64,000 nt of DNA from Comamonadaceae bacterium (GTDB taxonomy: Bacteria; Pseudomonadota; Gammaproteobacteria; Burkholderiales; Burkholderiaceae_C), in NCBI GenBank assembly GCA_947448885.1, contig CANFPJ010000003.1, forward strand, positions 5,090-69,089, given 5' to 3'. The notes under the pieces are model-generated. The model saw nothing but the letters and a program-made list of their open reading frames with translations, was not told where the DNA came from and did no database searches. Every line of letters starts with the position of its first letter. The first letter of the stretch is position 1. The position numbers and the translations under genes are program-made. Shown in pieces: positions 1 through 9,262 of the stretch.

Positions 1-242
1 GTGGCACGGTAATCGGCTTCACTGCGCTGCTGGGGCATGTCGTGGATGTCCCCGCCGGCACAAAATACCCGGCCAGCCCCGCGCACCACCACCACCCGGG
101 CCTGATCATCGGTAGCGGCCCGCGCCAGCTGTTGGGCCACACCGTCCAACAAGGCATCGTCCATGGCATTGAGCTTTTCCGGCCGATTCAGGGTGATGTA
201 GGCCACATTCGACAACACCTCATACAACACAGATTCGTTCAT
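1..242 (-). CDS. Enoyl-CoA hydratase/isomerase (crotonase) family, 5' part; runs off the window edge
   Basis: Not in the ORF track. Manual translation: MNESVLYEVLSNVAYITLNRPEKLNAMDDALL...RVVVVRGAGRVFCAGGDI, with crotonase motifs LNRPxxxNA and FCAGxD. The ATG overlaps the upstream stop (ATGA). Confidence 0.9.
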   Translation of the reverse strand, partial: MNESVLYEVLSNVAYITLNRPEKLNAMDDALLDGVAQQLARAATDDQARVVVVRGAGRVFCAGGDIHDMPQQRSEADYRA

Positions 243-961
243 GTTGCATCCAAGCCCAGGTATGCATTGCGCACATGCACGCTTTGGGCGACGGTCTCGG
301 TCGGGCCGTGGGCCACGACGCACCCTTGCTCCATCACATAAACCTGTGTGGCCAGTTCAAAGGCCAATCGCGCATTTTGCTCAACCATCAACACGGTCAT
401 GCCTTGCGCCGACAAGCGTTTGAGTTGGCGGTAAACCTCTTGCACCACCACAGGCGCCAAACCTTGGGACACTTCATCGACCATGATCAGGCGCGGCGCC
501 GACATCAGGGCTCGACCAATCGCCAGCATTTGTTGCTCACCACCCGACATGGAACCGGCTCGCTGCCCCAAGCGCTCCTGCAACCTGGGAAAAGCCGCAT
601 AAACCGAATGCAGTGCTGGCGCCACATCTTTGCTTGGCCGCAAATAAGCACCCAACAACAAGTTATCAAGCACACTCATCTTGGCAAAAATACGTCGGCC
701 TTCCGGAACATGCGCAATGCCGGACAGGGCCATGTCCTTGGGGCGCAAACCCACAATGGATTGGCCACTGAACACCATCTGACCTTGTCGGATGGGAATC
801 AATCCAGAAATGGCTTTGAGCAAGGAAGACTTGCCAGCGCCGTTGGGGCCCACAATGGCCGTGACCTGTCCAGGGTGCACCTGAATGGTCACACCGTTGA
901 CCGCCAATGCCTGGCCATAACGCACATGGACGTCGGTCAAATGCAGCAGGGCTTGGCTCAT
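239..961 (-). CDS. LIV-family ABC transporter ATP-binding protein (LivF-like)
   Basis: Walker A GPNGAGKS, VPEGRRIF, signature MSGGEQQ, Walker B IMVDE, VEQNA. Confidence 0.93.
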   Translation of the reverse strand: MSQALLHLTDVHVRYGQALAVNGVTIQVHPGQVTAIVGPNGAGKSSLLKAISGLIPIRQGQMVFSGQSIVGLRPKDMALSGIAHVPEGRRIFAKMSVLDNLLLGAYLRPSKDVAPALHSVYAAFPRLQERLGQRAGSMSGGEQQMLAIGRALMSAPRLIMVDEVSQGLAPVVVQEVYRQLKRLSAQGMTVLMVEQNARLAFELATQVYVMEQGCVVAHGPTETVAQSVHVRNAYLGLDAT

Positions 962-1731
962 GCACCCATCCCAGCCGTACCCAAGTACGCATTCACCACT
1001 CTCGCATCGTGCACCAGATCGTTCGGTAGGCCATCAAATATTTTTTGGCCAAATTGCAACACCACAGCTCGGTCACAGTATCGGCCAACCAATCGCATAT
1101 TGTGTTCTACCAACACCACGGTGCAATGGGTTTTGACACGGCTGGCGACCAAATCCATCATGCGACTGGACTCCTCGTGCGACAAACCCGCTGCAGGTTC
1201 ATCGAGCAACAACAACTTGGGCTGGGTGGCCATGGCGATGGCAACGGTCAACAACTTGGCCTGCCCCAAAGGCAATGCTTGAGCTGGCACGTCGGCCATG
1301 GTGTGCAAGTCCAAGTTCCGCAACACCTCGATGGCCCGTGCTTGCCAATCGGCTTGCTGTTGACAATATGCCGCCGTTTGGAAAAGCCCCCCCCATAAGT
1401 CGGCTGGCATGTGGCGGTGAAAGCCCTGCATCACGTTTTCCAATGCCGTCAACTCAGGAAAGAGATTCACCATTTGAAAGGTGCGGGCCAAACCACGCCG
1501 AGCCAGTTCGTGGCTGGGCAATCCCGTGATGTCCTGGCCGTCCAACAAAATATGACCTTGTGTCGGCGCAAAAACACCTGCAATGGCGTTGAACAGCGTG
1601 GATTTTCCCGCCCCGTTCGGTCCAACCAAGGCCAACAATTCACCTTGCTGAACATCAAACGAGACATCGCTCAAGGCCGCCAGTCCATCGAACTGCTTGC
1701 TGACGTTTTGGATTTGCAAAATGGCCGTCAT
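958..1731 (-). CDS. LIV-family ABC transporter ATP-binding protein (LivG-like)
   Basis: GPNGAGKST, ARTFQ, LLLDEPAAG, VEHNM, AYLG end. Start set at MTAILQ; alternative GTG at 1746. Confidence 0.93.
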   Translation of the reverse strand: MTAILQIQNVSKQFDGLAALSDVSFDVQQGELLALVGPNGAGKSTLFNAIAGVFAPTQGHILLDGQDITGLPSHELARRGLARTFQMVNLFPELTALENVMQGFHRHMPADLWGGLFQTAAYCQQQADWQARAIEVLRNLDLHTMADVPAQALPLGQAKLLTVAIAMATQPKLLLLDEPAAGLSHEESSRMMDLVASRVKTHCTVVLVEHNMRLVGRYCDRAVVLQFGQKIFDGLPNDLVHDARVVNAYLGTAGMGA

Positions 1732-1738
1732 TTGCTGA

Positions 1739-2683
1739 TCATCCACCTGGCTTGGTCAACCACTTGTCCCGAACCCGATCAACCAAGCTCATCAGTCCGC
1801 CTGGCAGCGTCAAGATGACGGCCATCAACACCAGGGCATAAACCAATGTTTTCCAATAACCCACCGAGAACAACTGTTCCCCCAACAATGTGAGCAGGCC
1901 CGCCCCCAGCACAGGTCCCCAAAATTGCGTGATGCCGCCAACCATGGCGTAGATGAGCAAATCGGTAGACGTGAGAAAGCTGAACACTTGCGGGTTGATG
2001 AACATCAAGTACTGGGCATGGACCGCCCCCATGGTGCCCACCACCGCACACGACAGCGCAAAGGTGGCGGTCTTTAACTGGACAGAATCCATGCCCACGC
2101 TTTGGGCCAAGCGTTCACTGGCTTCGGTTTTCAAAGTGAGCAAAGCGGCACCATAACGGGTGAACTGCAATCGGTATAACAAGGCCATGAAAAACAAAGC
2201 CAAGACCAACACCAGCCAATAAAACGAAAAATGATCGTTCAATGCATGCCCGAAAAAAACCGGTCTGGGCACATTGGCGATGCCCGATGGGCCACCGAAC
2301 CAATCAAAAGCACGGAAAAAGGCCACCACAATTTCACCAAAAGCAAAAATGGACAACGAGAAATAAATACCCCGCAAGCGCATGGTCATGGCACCCAACC
2401 CCCAGGCCATGGCGCCTGAGACCAGGCCAGCGGCCACGATGCCCCACCACGGTGACATGTCCCAACGCACGGTCAACACCACACAGGTGTATGCCCCTAG
2501 TGCAATGAAGCCGGCATGGCCTAAAGACAAGTACCCCATTCGCAAAACACTGAACAATGCAACGGTGTAGGTGATGTTTAGCAAGACCACGATGGCAATG
2601 TGCATCCAATAGGTGCTGGCCACCGCTGGCATACCAACCAAGGCCAAGACTCCCAACAACACTGGCCAAACGGATCGACTCAC
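1739..2683 (-). CDS. LIV-family ABC transporter permease (LivM-like)
   Basis: Hydrophobic protein with GYLSLGHAGF, RLRGIYF and VGG...GPVLGA motifs. Confidence 0.92.
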   Translation of the reverse strand: MSRSVWPVLLGVLALVGMPAVASTYWMHIAIVVLLNITYTVALFSVLRMGYLSLGHAGFIALGAYTCVVLTVRWDMSPWWGIVAAGLVSGAMAWGLGAMTMRLRGIYFSLSIFAFGEIVVAFFRAFDWFGGPSGIANVPRPVFFGHALNDHFSFYWLVLVLALFFMALLYRLQFTRYGAALLTLKTEASERLAQSVGMDSVQLKTATFALSCAVVGTMGAVHAQYLMFINPQVFSFLTSTDLLIYAMVGGITQFWGPVLGAGLLTLLGEQLFSVGYWKTLVYALVLMAVILTLPGGLMSLVDRVRDKWLTKPGG

Positions 2684-3540
2684 AGCTTACCCATCAAGCC
2701 TTGAGGGCGAAAAATAAGCACCGCGATCATCACCACAAAAACCAACACATGGGCCGCTTCGGCCCCCAACAGCAAGGCACCCATGGACTGCACCACCCCA
2801 ATGAACAAGCCTGCCACCAAGGTGCCGGTGATATTGCCCAAGCCCCCAATGATGATGATGATGAACGACATCAAGATGGCTTCCAAACCCATGCCCGGGT
2901 TGATGGAGTAAATGGGGGCCACAAACACCCCGCCCATGGCCGCCAAAGCAAAGCCCAAGGCCACAGCCAAACCAGCCACTTTGTCGGTATCAATCCCCAT
3001 CATGCGGGCGGTTTCTTCGTCTTCCTCAATGGCGCGCATGGCCAAGCCCGATCGGGTTTTATAAACCACGGCATACAAAGCCGCCACCATGCACATGGCA
3101 ATCCCTGCAGCAGCCAAACGTTCATAGGGCATGCGAATGCCCCAAGCCATGAGCACACCTGGCAATATAGAAGGCACGTTCTTCTCTTGGGCGCCAAAGA
3201 CAATCCAGGACAAAGATTGAATGATCAAAGACACACCGACAGTGGCCACCAGCAATTGCAACCACTGGCCGCGAAGGCTTCGAAAAACACCCCGCTCCAC
3301 CAACCAACCCACCATGGCAGCAACCAAAGCAATCGCTGGCATGGCAGCGAGCAGCGGCCACTCCCACAGCACATAGACCACATACACCAACATGGCCCCC
3401 AACATGAACACTTCTCCATGGGCAAAGTTAACGATGTGCAAGATGCCGTAAATCAGCGTCAACCCCAGCGCTGTCAATATGTACAACGCACCATTGACCA
3501 AACCAATGGCCAGACCTTGCAATAAAAGGGTCAAGCTCAT
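2680..3540 (-). CDS. LIV-family ABC transporter permease (LivH-like)
   Basis: ALGLTLIYG...NFAHGE, TRSGLAMRA, IIGGLG motifs. Start set at MSLTLLL. Confidence 0.92.
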   Translation of the reverse strand: MSLTLLLQGLAIGLVNGALYILTALGLTLIYGILHIVNFAHGEVFMLGAMLVYVVYVLWEWPLLAAMPAIALVAAMVGWLVERGVFRSLRGQWLQLLVATVGVSLIIQSLSWIVFGAQEKNVPSILPGVLMAWGIRMPYERLAAAGIAMCMVAALYAVVYKTRSGLAMRAIEEDEETARMMGIDTDKVAGLAVALGFALAAMGGVFVAPIYSINPGMGLEAILMSFIIIIIGGLGNITGTLVAGLFIGVVQSMGALLLGAEAAHVLVFVVMIAVLIFRPQGLMGKL

Positions 3541-3641
3541 GAGGATGTGCGCAGGCATGTGGGTGCCACATCCATGCGCCTGCATGTTGGGATCACCATG
3601 TTCACCAGCACCCAAATTGCATCACATGCCACAGCCACGCT

Positions 3642-4808
3642 TTATTCCAATGTGCCCATGCGCACATCCAAAGGGGTCCAAGCCCCATCTTTGATGATCG
3701 ATGCTGGCAAGGGTGTTTGGATTTGGCGCTTGGCGCCATATGTCTTGTCCCCACCCCAACTGGCCGGACCATATGGGTGGAATTGGAATGTGGAGTTGGC
3801 CAACTGCTCGGCCACCTTTTTGGTGTCAAAGGTTCCGGCTTTTTGTACGGCCTCCACCACCCAACGGGTGGCCGCATATGCTTCCCAAACAGTGCCCAGG
3901 GTGGCCTCTTTGTATTTGGCCATGTGGCGCTCTGCGATTTGGTCATACAGCTTGGTCGGTGCCCCAGACCAAATGCGGTAGGCCACGATGTTGTCAGCGC
4001 CTTTGCCAGCCACGTTCACCAAGGCTTTGGCTTCAAGCACAGCCGTAGAGCTGATGAAATAGCCTTTGTAGCCCAGCTCACGGGCTTGCTTGGCGATCAA
4101 GCCCACTGTGCCGGTGGGTGAGGCGTTGGTATCGATCACGTCGGGGTTTTTGGCCAATAAACGCAGCAAGGAGGCTTGAAAATCTTTGGCGTTGAGTTCG
4201 ACAAGCTCTTCCCCAACAAACTCGACACCTTGCCCTTTCAAGCGAGCGGCAATCTCTTTGAGCACCTTGACATCCGAACGACCCAAATCATTGTTGGGGC
4301 CCATGAACGCGACCCGCTTGATGTTGAGCTTTTTGTAAATTTCAGGGGTGAAAGTGTAGTACAGCTGGTCAGAGGATGCCATGAACCGAAACACCGTGGG
4401 GTTTTCGGCATTGGTCACTTCTTTGCCCGCAGCGCCCATGAAGATATCGAAAAAACCGTTTTGTCGAATGATCGGTAAAACTGCGCCATGTACCGCAGCG
4501 CCCAATATAAAACCGTACTTGACGTTGTCATTGAGCACCGCACGATTGAGCGCGGCCACGGTTTTTCCGGGGTCTAGCGATGTGTCGTACGGAACCACCT
4601 CGAGTTTGTATGGTTTGCCTGCGACTTGAAAGGTGCCCACATCTTCGGCTGCCAACTCAATGCCCCGGTTGATGCCGATGCCAAAGGCGGCCGCCGGCCC
4701 TGACAGGGGTGACAGATTACCGATTTTGAAAGACTCCTGGGCCATGGTCGGCGTGGTCAATGCCATACAAGCGGCCATCAAGGCGGTGGCAAAGGATGCA
4801 ATTTTCAT
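3642..4808 (-). CDS. LIV-family ABC transporter periplasmic substrate-binding protein
   Basis: Signal peptide MKIASFATAL...TMA, KIGNLSPLSGPAAAFG motif, GGAG RBS upstream. Confidence 0.9.
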   Translation of the reverse strand: MKIASFATALMAACMALTTPTMAQESFKIGNLSPLSGPAAAFGIGINRGIELAAEDVGTFQVAGKPYKLEVVPYDTSLDPGKTVAALNRAVLNDNVKYGFILGAAVHGAVLPIIRQNGFFDIFMGAAGKEVTNAENPTVFRFMASSDQLYYTFTPEIYKKLNIKRVAFMGPNNDLGRSDVKVLKEIAARLKGQGVEFVGEELVELNAKDFQASLLRLLAKNPDVIDTNASPTGTVGLIAKQARELGYKGYFISSTAVLEAKALVNVAGKGADNIVAYRIWSGAPTKLYDQIAERHMAKYKEATLGTVWEAYAATRWVVEAVQKAGTFDTKKVAEQLANSTFQFHPYGPASWGGDKTYGAKRQIQTPLPASIIKDGAWTPLDVRMGTLE

Positions 4809-5029
4809 GTCAAAAACTCCTGCAGTATGGTGGTTAGGGAACACGTGAAATTCAGTTTATGGGCCCTGGGGTGCAGCGTCAAGCACGCTTTCCCAGGGGC
4901 TTGCATGCCACACCCACGACGGGGTGCGCGAACACGTCCGATTTCAGTCCTGCTCCCCAATGCATCTTCATCAGCGGCTAAGATGGTCTTGCGTTGCTGA
5001 TGCGCATTTCTTTTTGGAGAACCCCGGCC

Positions 5030-5599
5030 ATGAAACCCCAAACCGCTTTGAGCAAAGTTCCACGCGCGCAATTGGACGCCACCATGCAGGCCGCCTTCGA
5101 TCGGTCGCTGGCCATGCACCAGGACGCCACCTTTGTGGAGGTCATGGGCCACGCGCCGCATGTCTACCACTGGTATCAAAATGATTTTTACAAGAAGCTT
5201 TTTTATGGCAGCGCTCTGCCCGTGACCTTGCTGGAGTTGGTGCGCTTGCGCTTGGCCAATGTGCACGGCTGTGCCTTTTGCAACCGAAATGACACAGCGG
5301 CGGCGTTGCGTGCAGGCATCGGTCAAAACCAAATCGACGCCTTGGCCGATTACGAAAACGGTCCCTTCAGCAACCGAGAAAAAGCTGCGCTGGCTTTGGC
5401 CGACACCATGGCACTCACCCAACCCAAGGGGCAATTGGACGCCGCTTTGCATGCGCGATTGAAGCCCCATTTCACCGATGGTGAGTTGGTGGAGCTGGGC
5501 GTCATCATGGCGGTGCTGTGCGGAATGGCCAAAATGATTTTCGCTTTCGACCTGGTGGAAAAAGAGGACAGCTGCCCGTTCATTCCTGGATGTCACTGA
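5030..5599 (+). CDS. Carboxymuconolactone decarboxylase/AhpD-like family protein
   Basis: ELVRLRLANVHGCAFC (CxxC), EKAALALAD, HFTDGELVEL; GGAG RBS before ATG 5030. Confidence 0.85.
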   Translation: MKPQTALSKVPRAQLDATMQAAFDRSLAMHQDATFVEVMGHAPHVYHWYQNDFYKKLFYGSALPVTLLELVRLRLANVHGCAFCNRNDTAAALRAGIGQNQIDALADYENGPFSNREKAALALADTMALTQPKGQLDAALHARLKPHFTDGELVELGVIMAVLCGMAKMIFAFDLVEKEDSCPFIPGCH

Positions 5600-5637
5600 G
5601 TGGATCATGCTGGGCCAGTTCACGTGCATGGGTGGGA

Positions 5638-6039
5638 TCAAGCGGGCACAAAGATGGGGACATTCTGGCCTGAGGCGCTGGCCGAAAAACCCAGCTTGAC
5701 CCGCATCCCAATGTGCACGGCATCCCAATCGGGTGCCTGCAAATGCGTCAACACGGTGACCCCCTCATCCAGCCGCACATAAGCCATCAAATAGGGCGTT
5801 TCAACGCCGCGAACCATCCGGGTGAAGGTGTAAATTTCGCCTTCGCCCGCACTGGCCCGCCATTCGGTTTGATCACTGCCGCAGTGGGGGCAATACGGCC
5901 GCGGGTAATGGTGCGACACATCGCAAGCCAAGCAATGCTTGAGCATCCACCGGCCTTGCTGGGCCTGTTCCCAATAGGTGTGGTTTTCTGGGTTTTGCAG
6001 CGGGTCTTGAAAGACCAAAGGGGTGGCGGGTGTGTTCAT
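5638..6039 (-). CDS. Zn-ribbon/OB-fold (DUF35, ChsH2-like) acyl-CoA-binding protein
   Basis: CLAC...YPRPYCPHC zinc ribbon, GEGEIYTFT, VRLDEG, IGMRV; directly downstream of the thiolase. Confidence 0.92.
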   Translation of the reverse strand: MNTPATPLVFQDPLQNPENHTYWEQAQQGRWMLKHCLACDVSHHYPRPYCPHCGSDQTEWRASAGEGEIYTFTRMVRGVETPYLMAYVRLDEGVTVLTHLQAPDWDAVHIGMRVKLGFSASASGQNVPIFVPA

Positions 6040-6040
6040 G

Positions 6041-7210
6041 TCAAACCCTTTTCATGATCAAGGTGGCGGCGCCATGGCGCGAGCCCAAAAATCCACCGAT
6101 GCCATTGGCCAAAGCAAATTCCAAATTGGGCACCTGCACTTTGGGGTGGGCTTGACCGCGCAGTTGGCGCACCGCTTCAATGACCTTGGTCATGCCACCG
6201 CGGTTGGCCGGGTGGTTGTTGCACAGGCCACCCCCATCGGTGTTGACCGCGAGCTTTCCTTGCCCGGCAATCAACTGGCCATCGGCGACAAACCGCCCCC
6301 CCTCACCTTTGGCACAAAAGCCCAAGTCTTCGAGTTGCATCAGCACCGTGATGGTGAAACTGTCGTAAATGGAGGCGTATCGGATGTCGCGTGGGGTGAT
6401 GCCGGCTTGCGCAAATGCACGGGGTGCGGTCCATGCCGTGGCGGAGTGGGTCAAATCCACCTGCCCGCCCGATTGGCCCTTGACCGAGGCCGACATGCCC
6501 ACCACTTGCACCAGTGGTTGGTGCAATGATTTCGCCACATCGGGGTGAACCACCACCACCGCACCGCCGCCATCCGTCACAACACAGCAATCGGCGCGCC
6601 GCAATGGGTCGGCCACACGGGGTGAATCCAACACGTCCTGCACCGTCATCACCTGTCGCAGCAAGGCGTTCGGGTTGTGTTGCGCATGGTGTGACATGGC
6701 CACCTTGATCCAAGCCAATTGCTCAGAAGTGGTGCCAAATTCGTGCATATGCCGCATGGCACACATGGCATAGCTGTTGAGCGGCGTGGGCATGTAAGGG
6801 CGTTCAAACTCGGCATCCGGCGCGGTGTCGCCATAGTTGCGCGGCTTGGTCCCGCTGGAGCCCTCGGACTTGGGGCGCCCCGCCAAGGTGACCAAGGCCA
6901 CTTTGCAACGGCCCGCCGCAATCGCTGCGGCTGCTTCACCCACATGCGACAGGTAAGAGGCCCCGCCCAACTCGGTGGTCTGCACCACTTGAAGCCGCTT
7001 CAAGCCCAAATAGTCAACGATCGATGTCGGCCCCAAACCCGGTGCATCGCCCGCACAGAAATACGCATCCACATCCTTGAGGGTCAATCCGGCATCGCGC
7101 AAGGCGCCGTGGGCCACATCGGCATGCAAACGCGCCACCGAATGGTCTGGCGCCACCCGCAATGGGTGCTCGTAAATGCCGGCCATGCAGGCTTGAAAGG
7201 CTGCGCTCAT
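6041..7210 (-). CDS. SCP-x/Ltp2-type thiolase-domain protein
   Basis: HAQHNPNA, DCCVVTDGGGA, IYDSFTITV, EDLGFC.KGEGG, NTDGGGL. ELGGAS occupies the position where canonical thiolases have the catalytic Cys. Confidence 0.9.
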   Translation of the reverse strand: MSAAFQACMAGIYEHPLRVAPDHSVARLHADVAHGALRDAGLTLKDVDAYFCAGDAPGLGPTSIVDYLGLKRLQVVQTTELGGASYLSHVGEAAAAIAAGRCKVALVTLAGRPKSEGSSGTKPRNYGDTAPDAEFERPYMPTPLNSYAMCAMRHMHEFGTTSEQLAWIKVAMSHHAQHNPNALLRQVMTVQDVLDSPRVADPLRRADCCVVTDGGGAVVVVHPDVAKSLHQPLVQVVGMSASVKGQSGGQVDLTHSATAWTAPRAFAQAGITPRDIRYASIYDSFTITVLMQLEDLGFCAKGEGGRFVADGQLIAGQGKLAVNTDGGGLCNNHPANRGGMTKVIEAVRQLRGQAHPKVQVPNLEFALANGIGGFLGSRHGAATLIMKRV

Positions 7211-8025
7211 GGGTTCACCGCGGCATGGCCAGATGCCTGTGCGTCAGCGACCAAGCTTTGTGCGAGCAACCACACGGGGCGATCGACCAATTTGCCATCC
7301 ACCGCGATGGCGCCCAAGCCATGTTGCTCGACTGACTGCAACACACGCTGGGCCCATTCCAATTCACTGGCGCTGGGTGCGAATCCCTGGTTGACGCCAA
7401 CCACTTGCTTGGGGTGGATGCACAATTTCGCGCCCATGCCCATGCGCCGCGCGCGCGCCACATCGCTGGCCAAGGCTTGGTCATCGGCAAATGCCAAGGT
7501 GACACCGTCAACCGGCGAGCGCACACCGGCCAATCGAGAAACCAAAACCAAATGGGTGCGCACGGCATTGAGTTCTTCGCCGTCACTGCCCATGCCCGCG
7601 TCAGAAGCGAAATCCACCGAACCAAATATCAACCTGTCCACCGCGGGTGCGCTGGCCAGTTCCCGTGCGCGATCCCAACCAAACACACTTTCGACAATTG
7701 GCAACAGGCGTTGATCAGGGCGCAGGCTTTTGGCCAGTTGGATCAACAAATCAGGTTCCTGCGCTTTGGGCAATACCAAACCACGCACCGCTGGGTGGCT
7801 GAGCAAATCCAAATCGCCATCAAACCAAGGCGTTCCGTAGGCGTTACACCGCAGATAAATGGGTTTGTCAGGGTGCAGCCATTGGCCAATGGCTGCGCGG
7901 GCTGAAACTTTGGCCTCGGGTGCCACCGCATCCTCCAGGTCAATGATCACCGCATGGGCGCCTGTGGCCAGGGCCTTGTCAAAACGCTCGGCACGGTCGC
8001 CGGGGACAAATAAATAGCTTTTCAT
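7207..8025 (-). CDS. CitE/HpcH-family CoA-ester lyase (citryl/malyl/citramalyl-CoA lyase-like)
   Basis: SYLFVPGDR, DLEDAVAP, LPK, FGSVDF, KLCIHPKQV, VDGKLVDRP. Confidence 0.92.
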   Translation of the reverse strand: MKSYLFVPGDRAERFDKALATGAHAVIIDLEDAVAPEAKVSARAAIGQWLHPDKPIYLRCNAYGTPWFDGDLDLLSHPAVRGLVLPKAQEPDLLIQLAKSLRPDQRLLPIVESVFGWDRARELASAPAVDRLIFGSVDFASDAGMGSDGEELNAVRTHLVLVSRLAGVRSPVDGVTLAFADDQALASDVARARRMGMGAKLCIHPKQVVGVNQGFAPSASELEWAQRVLQSVEQHGLGAIAVDGKLVDRPVWLLAQSLVADAQASGHAAVNP

Positions 8026-8028
8026 GGG

Positions 8029-9237
8029 TCATATCACCGCGAGTTCGCGCAGTTTTTCAATTTGTTGATCGGTAAAACCCGCCTCTTGCAGCACTTGGGC
8101 CGTGTGCTGACCCAAGCTGGGTGCGGCCACGGCGGCCACCGGCCCGGCCGTGATGGGGCAAGCCATGGTGCGAATGGGGCCTTGCGGGTGGTCCACGTTG
8201 ACCACCATGCCCATCTCCTGTGCAAATTCGTTGTCCAAAGCTTGCGCCACATCATTCACCGCCGATGCGGGCACCTGACCCGCAAACACCTTCAACCAAT
8301 GGGCCGTGGTTTGTTGTTGAAGCACCTCGTCCAAGGCCACATTGAGTTCAAGGCGATTTTTCAAGCGGGCCGCAAAACTGCCAAACCGTTCATCGCTGGT
8401 CCACTGCGGGCGCTGGATCTTTTCACACAACACCGCCCAAAATTTTTCCTTGTTGCACATCACAAACATCCAACCATCTTGGGTGCGGTACAACTCGCTG
8501 GGCACCAGGGAAGGATGGCCAGACCTGGCTTGGCGTCCTGTGACCACGCCTTTGTTCAGGTACCAAGTGGCCAAGTAAGCCAAGTTGTACATGGCCACGC
8601 TGTAAAGGCTGACATCCACATCTCGGCCCAGTCCGGTTTGCCGAGCCGACAACACGCCCGCCAGCATGGCCAAGGCCGCCGTGGTGCCGGTCATGTAGTC
8701 CACGATGGACAGGCCTGCGCGCGAGGGCGGGCCGTCGGGCTCGCCGGTCAAGGACAAATAACCCGCTTCAGCTTGCATCAAATAGTCATAACCCGGCCAA
8801 TTGGCCCGCGAGCCATGGCGCCCATAAGCCGACAGGTGCGCACACACCAAAGCGGGTTTGATGCGCCCGAGTTGCTCGTAGGTCAGGCCCAGCTTGGGGG
8901 GCAAGTCGCCACGCAAATTGTTGAACACCACATCGGCTTCGCGCGCGAGTTGGTGCAGCACCGCTTGCCCCTCGGGGTGTTTGAGGTCCAGGGTCAGGCT
9001 CTTTTTGTTGCGGCTGAAGGATTGATAGAAGTGGCTGTCACCCGGCCCAAAGAAATGGGGGCCCACCATGCGGCCCACATCACCCCCATCTTTGCGGTTT
9101 TCAATTTTGATGACCTCTGCACCCAAGTCGGCCAGGTACTGGGTGCCAAAAGGCCCCGCGCCATATTGCTCGACCGACAGAATGCGCAAGCCTTGCAACA
9201 CGGGCGCTGCGGGCGGGTTGGTGGAAGATGTTGTCAT
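8029..9237 (-). CDS. Class III CoA-transferase (CaiB/BaiF)
   Basis: AGPFGTQYLADLGAEVIKIE, RNKKSLTLDLK, GYDYLMQA, catalytic Asp in SIVDY. Confidence 0.93.
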   Translation of the reverse strand: MTTSSTNPPAAPVLQGLRILSVEQYGAGPFGTQYLADLGAEVIKIENRKDGGDVGRMVGPHFFGPGDSHFYQSFSRNKKSLTLDLKHPEGQAVLHQLAREADVVFNNLRGDLPPKLGLTYEQLGRIKPALVCAHLSAYGRHGSRANWPGYDYLMQAEAGYLSLTGEPDGPPSRAGLSIVDYMTGTTAALAMLAGVLSARQTGLGRDVDVSLYSVAMYNLAYLATWYLNKGVVTGRQARSGHPSLVPSELYRTQDGWMFVMCNKEKFWAVLCEKIQRPQWTSDERFGSFAARLKNRLELNVALDEVLQQQTTAHWLKVFAGQVPASAVNDVAQALDNEFAQEMGMVVNVDHPQGPIRTMACPITAGPVAAVAAPSLGQHTAQVLQEAGFTDQQIEKLRELAVI

Positions 9238-9262
9238 GAAAATTTCCTTGTCGCCATGGATG

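Noticed and set aside
3545-3640. Hairpin-forming sequence between the SBP and permease genes as a possible ncRNA or riboswitch
   Set aside because: The stem is imperfect and matches no RNA family I recognise; it is more likely an ordinary intercistronic stability element.
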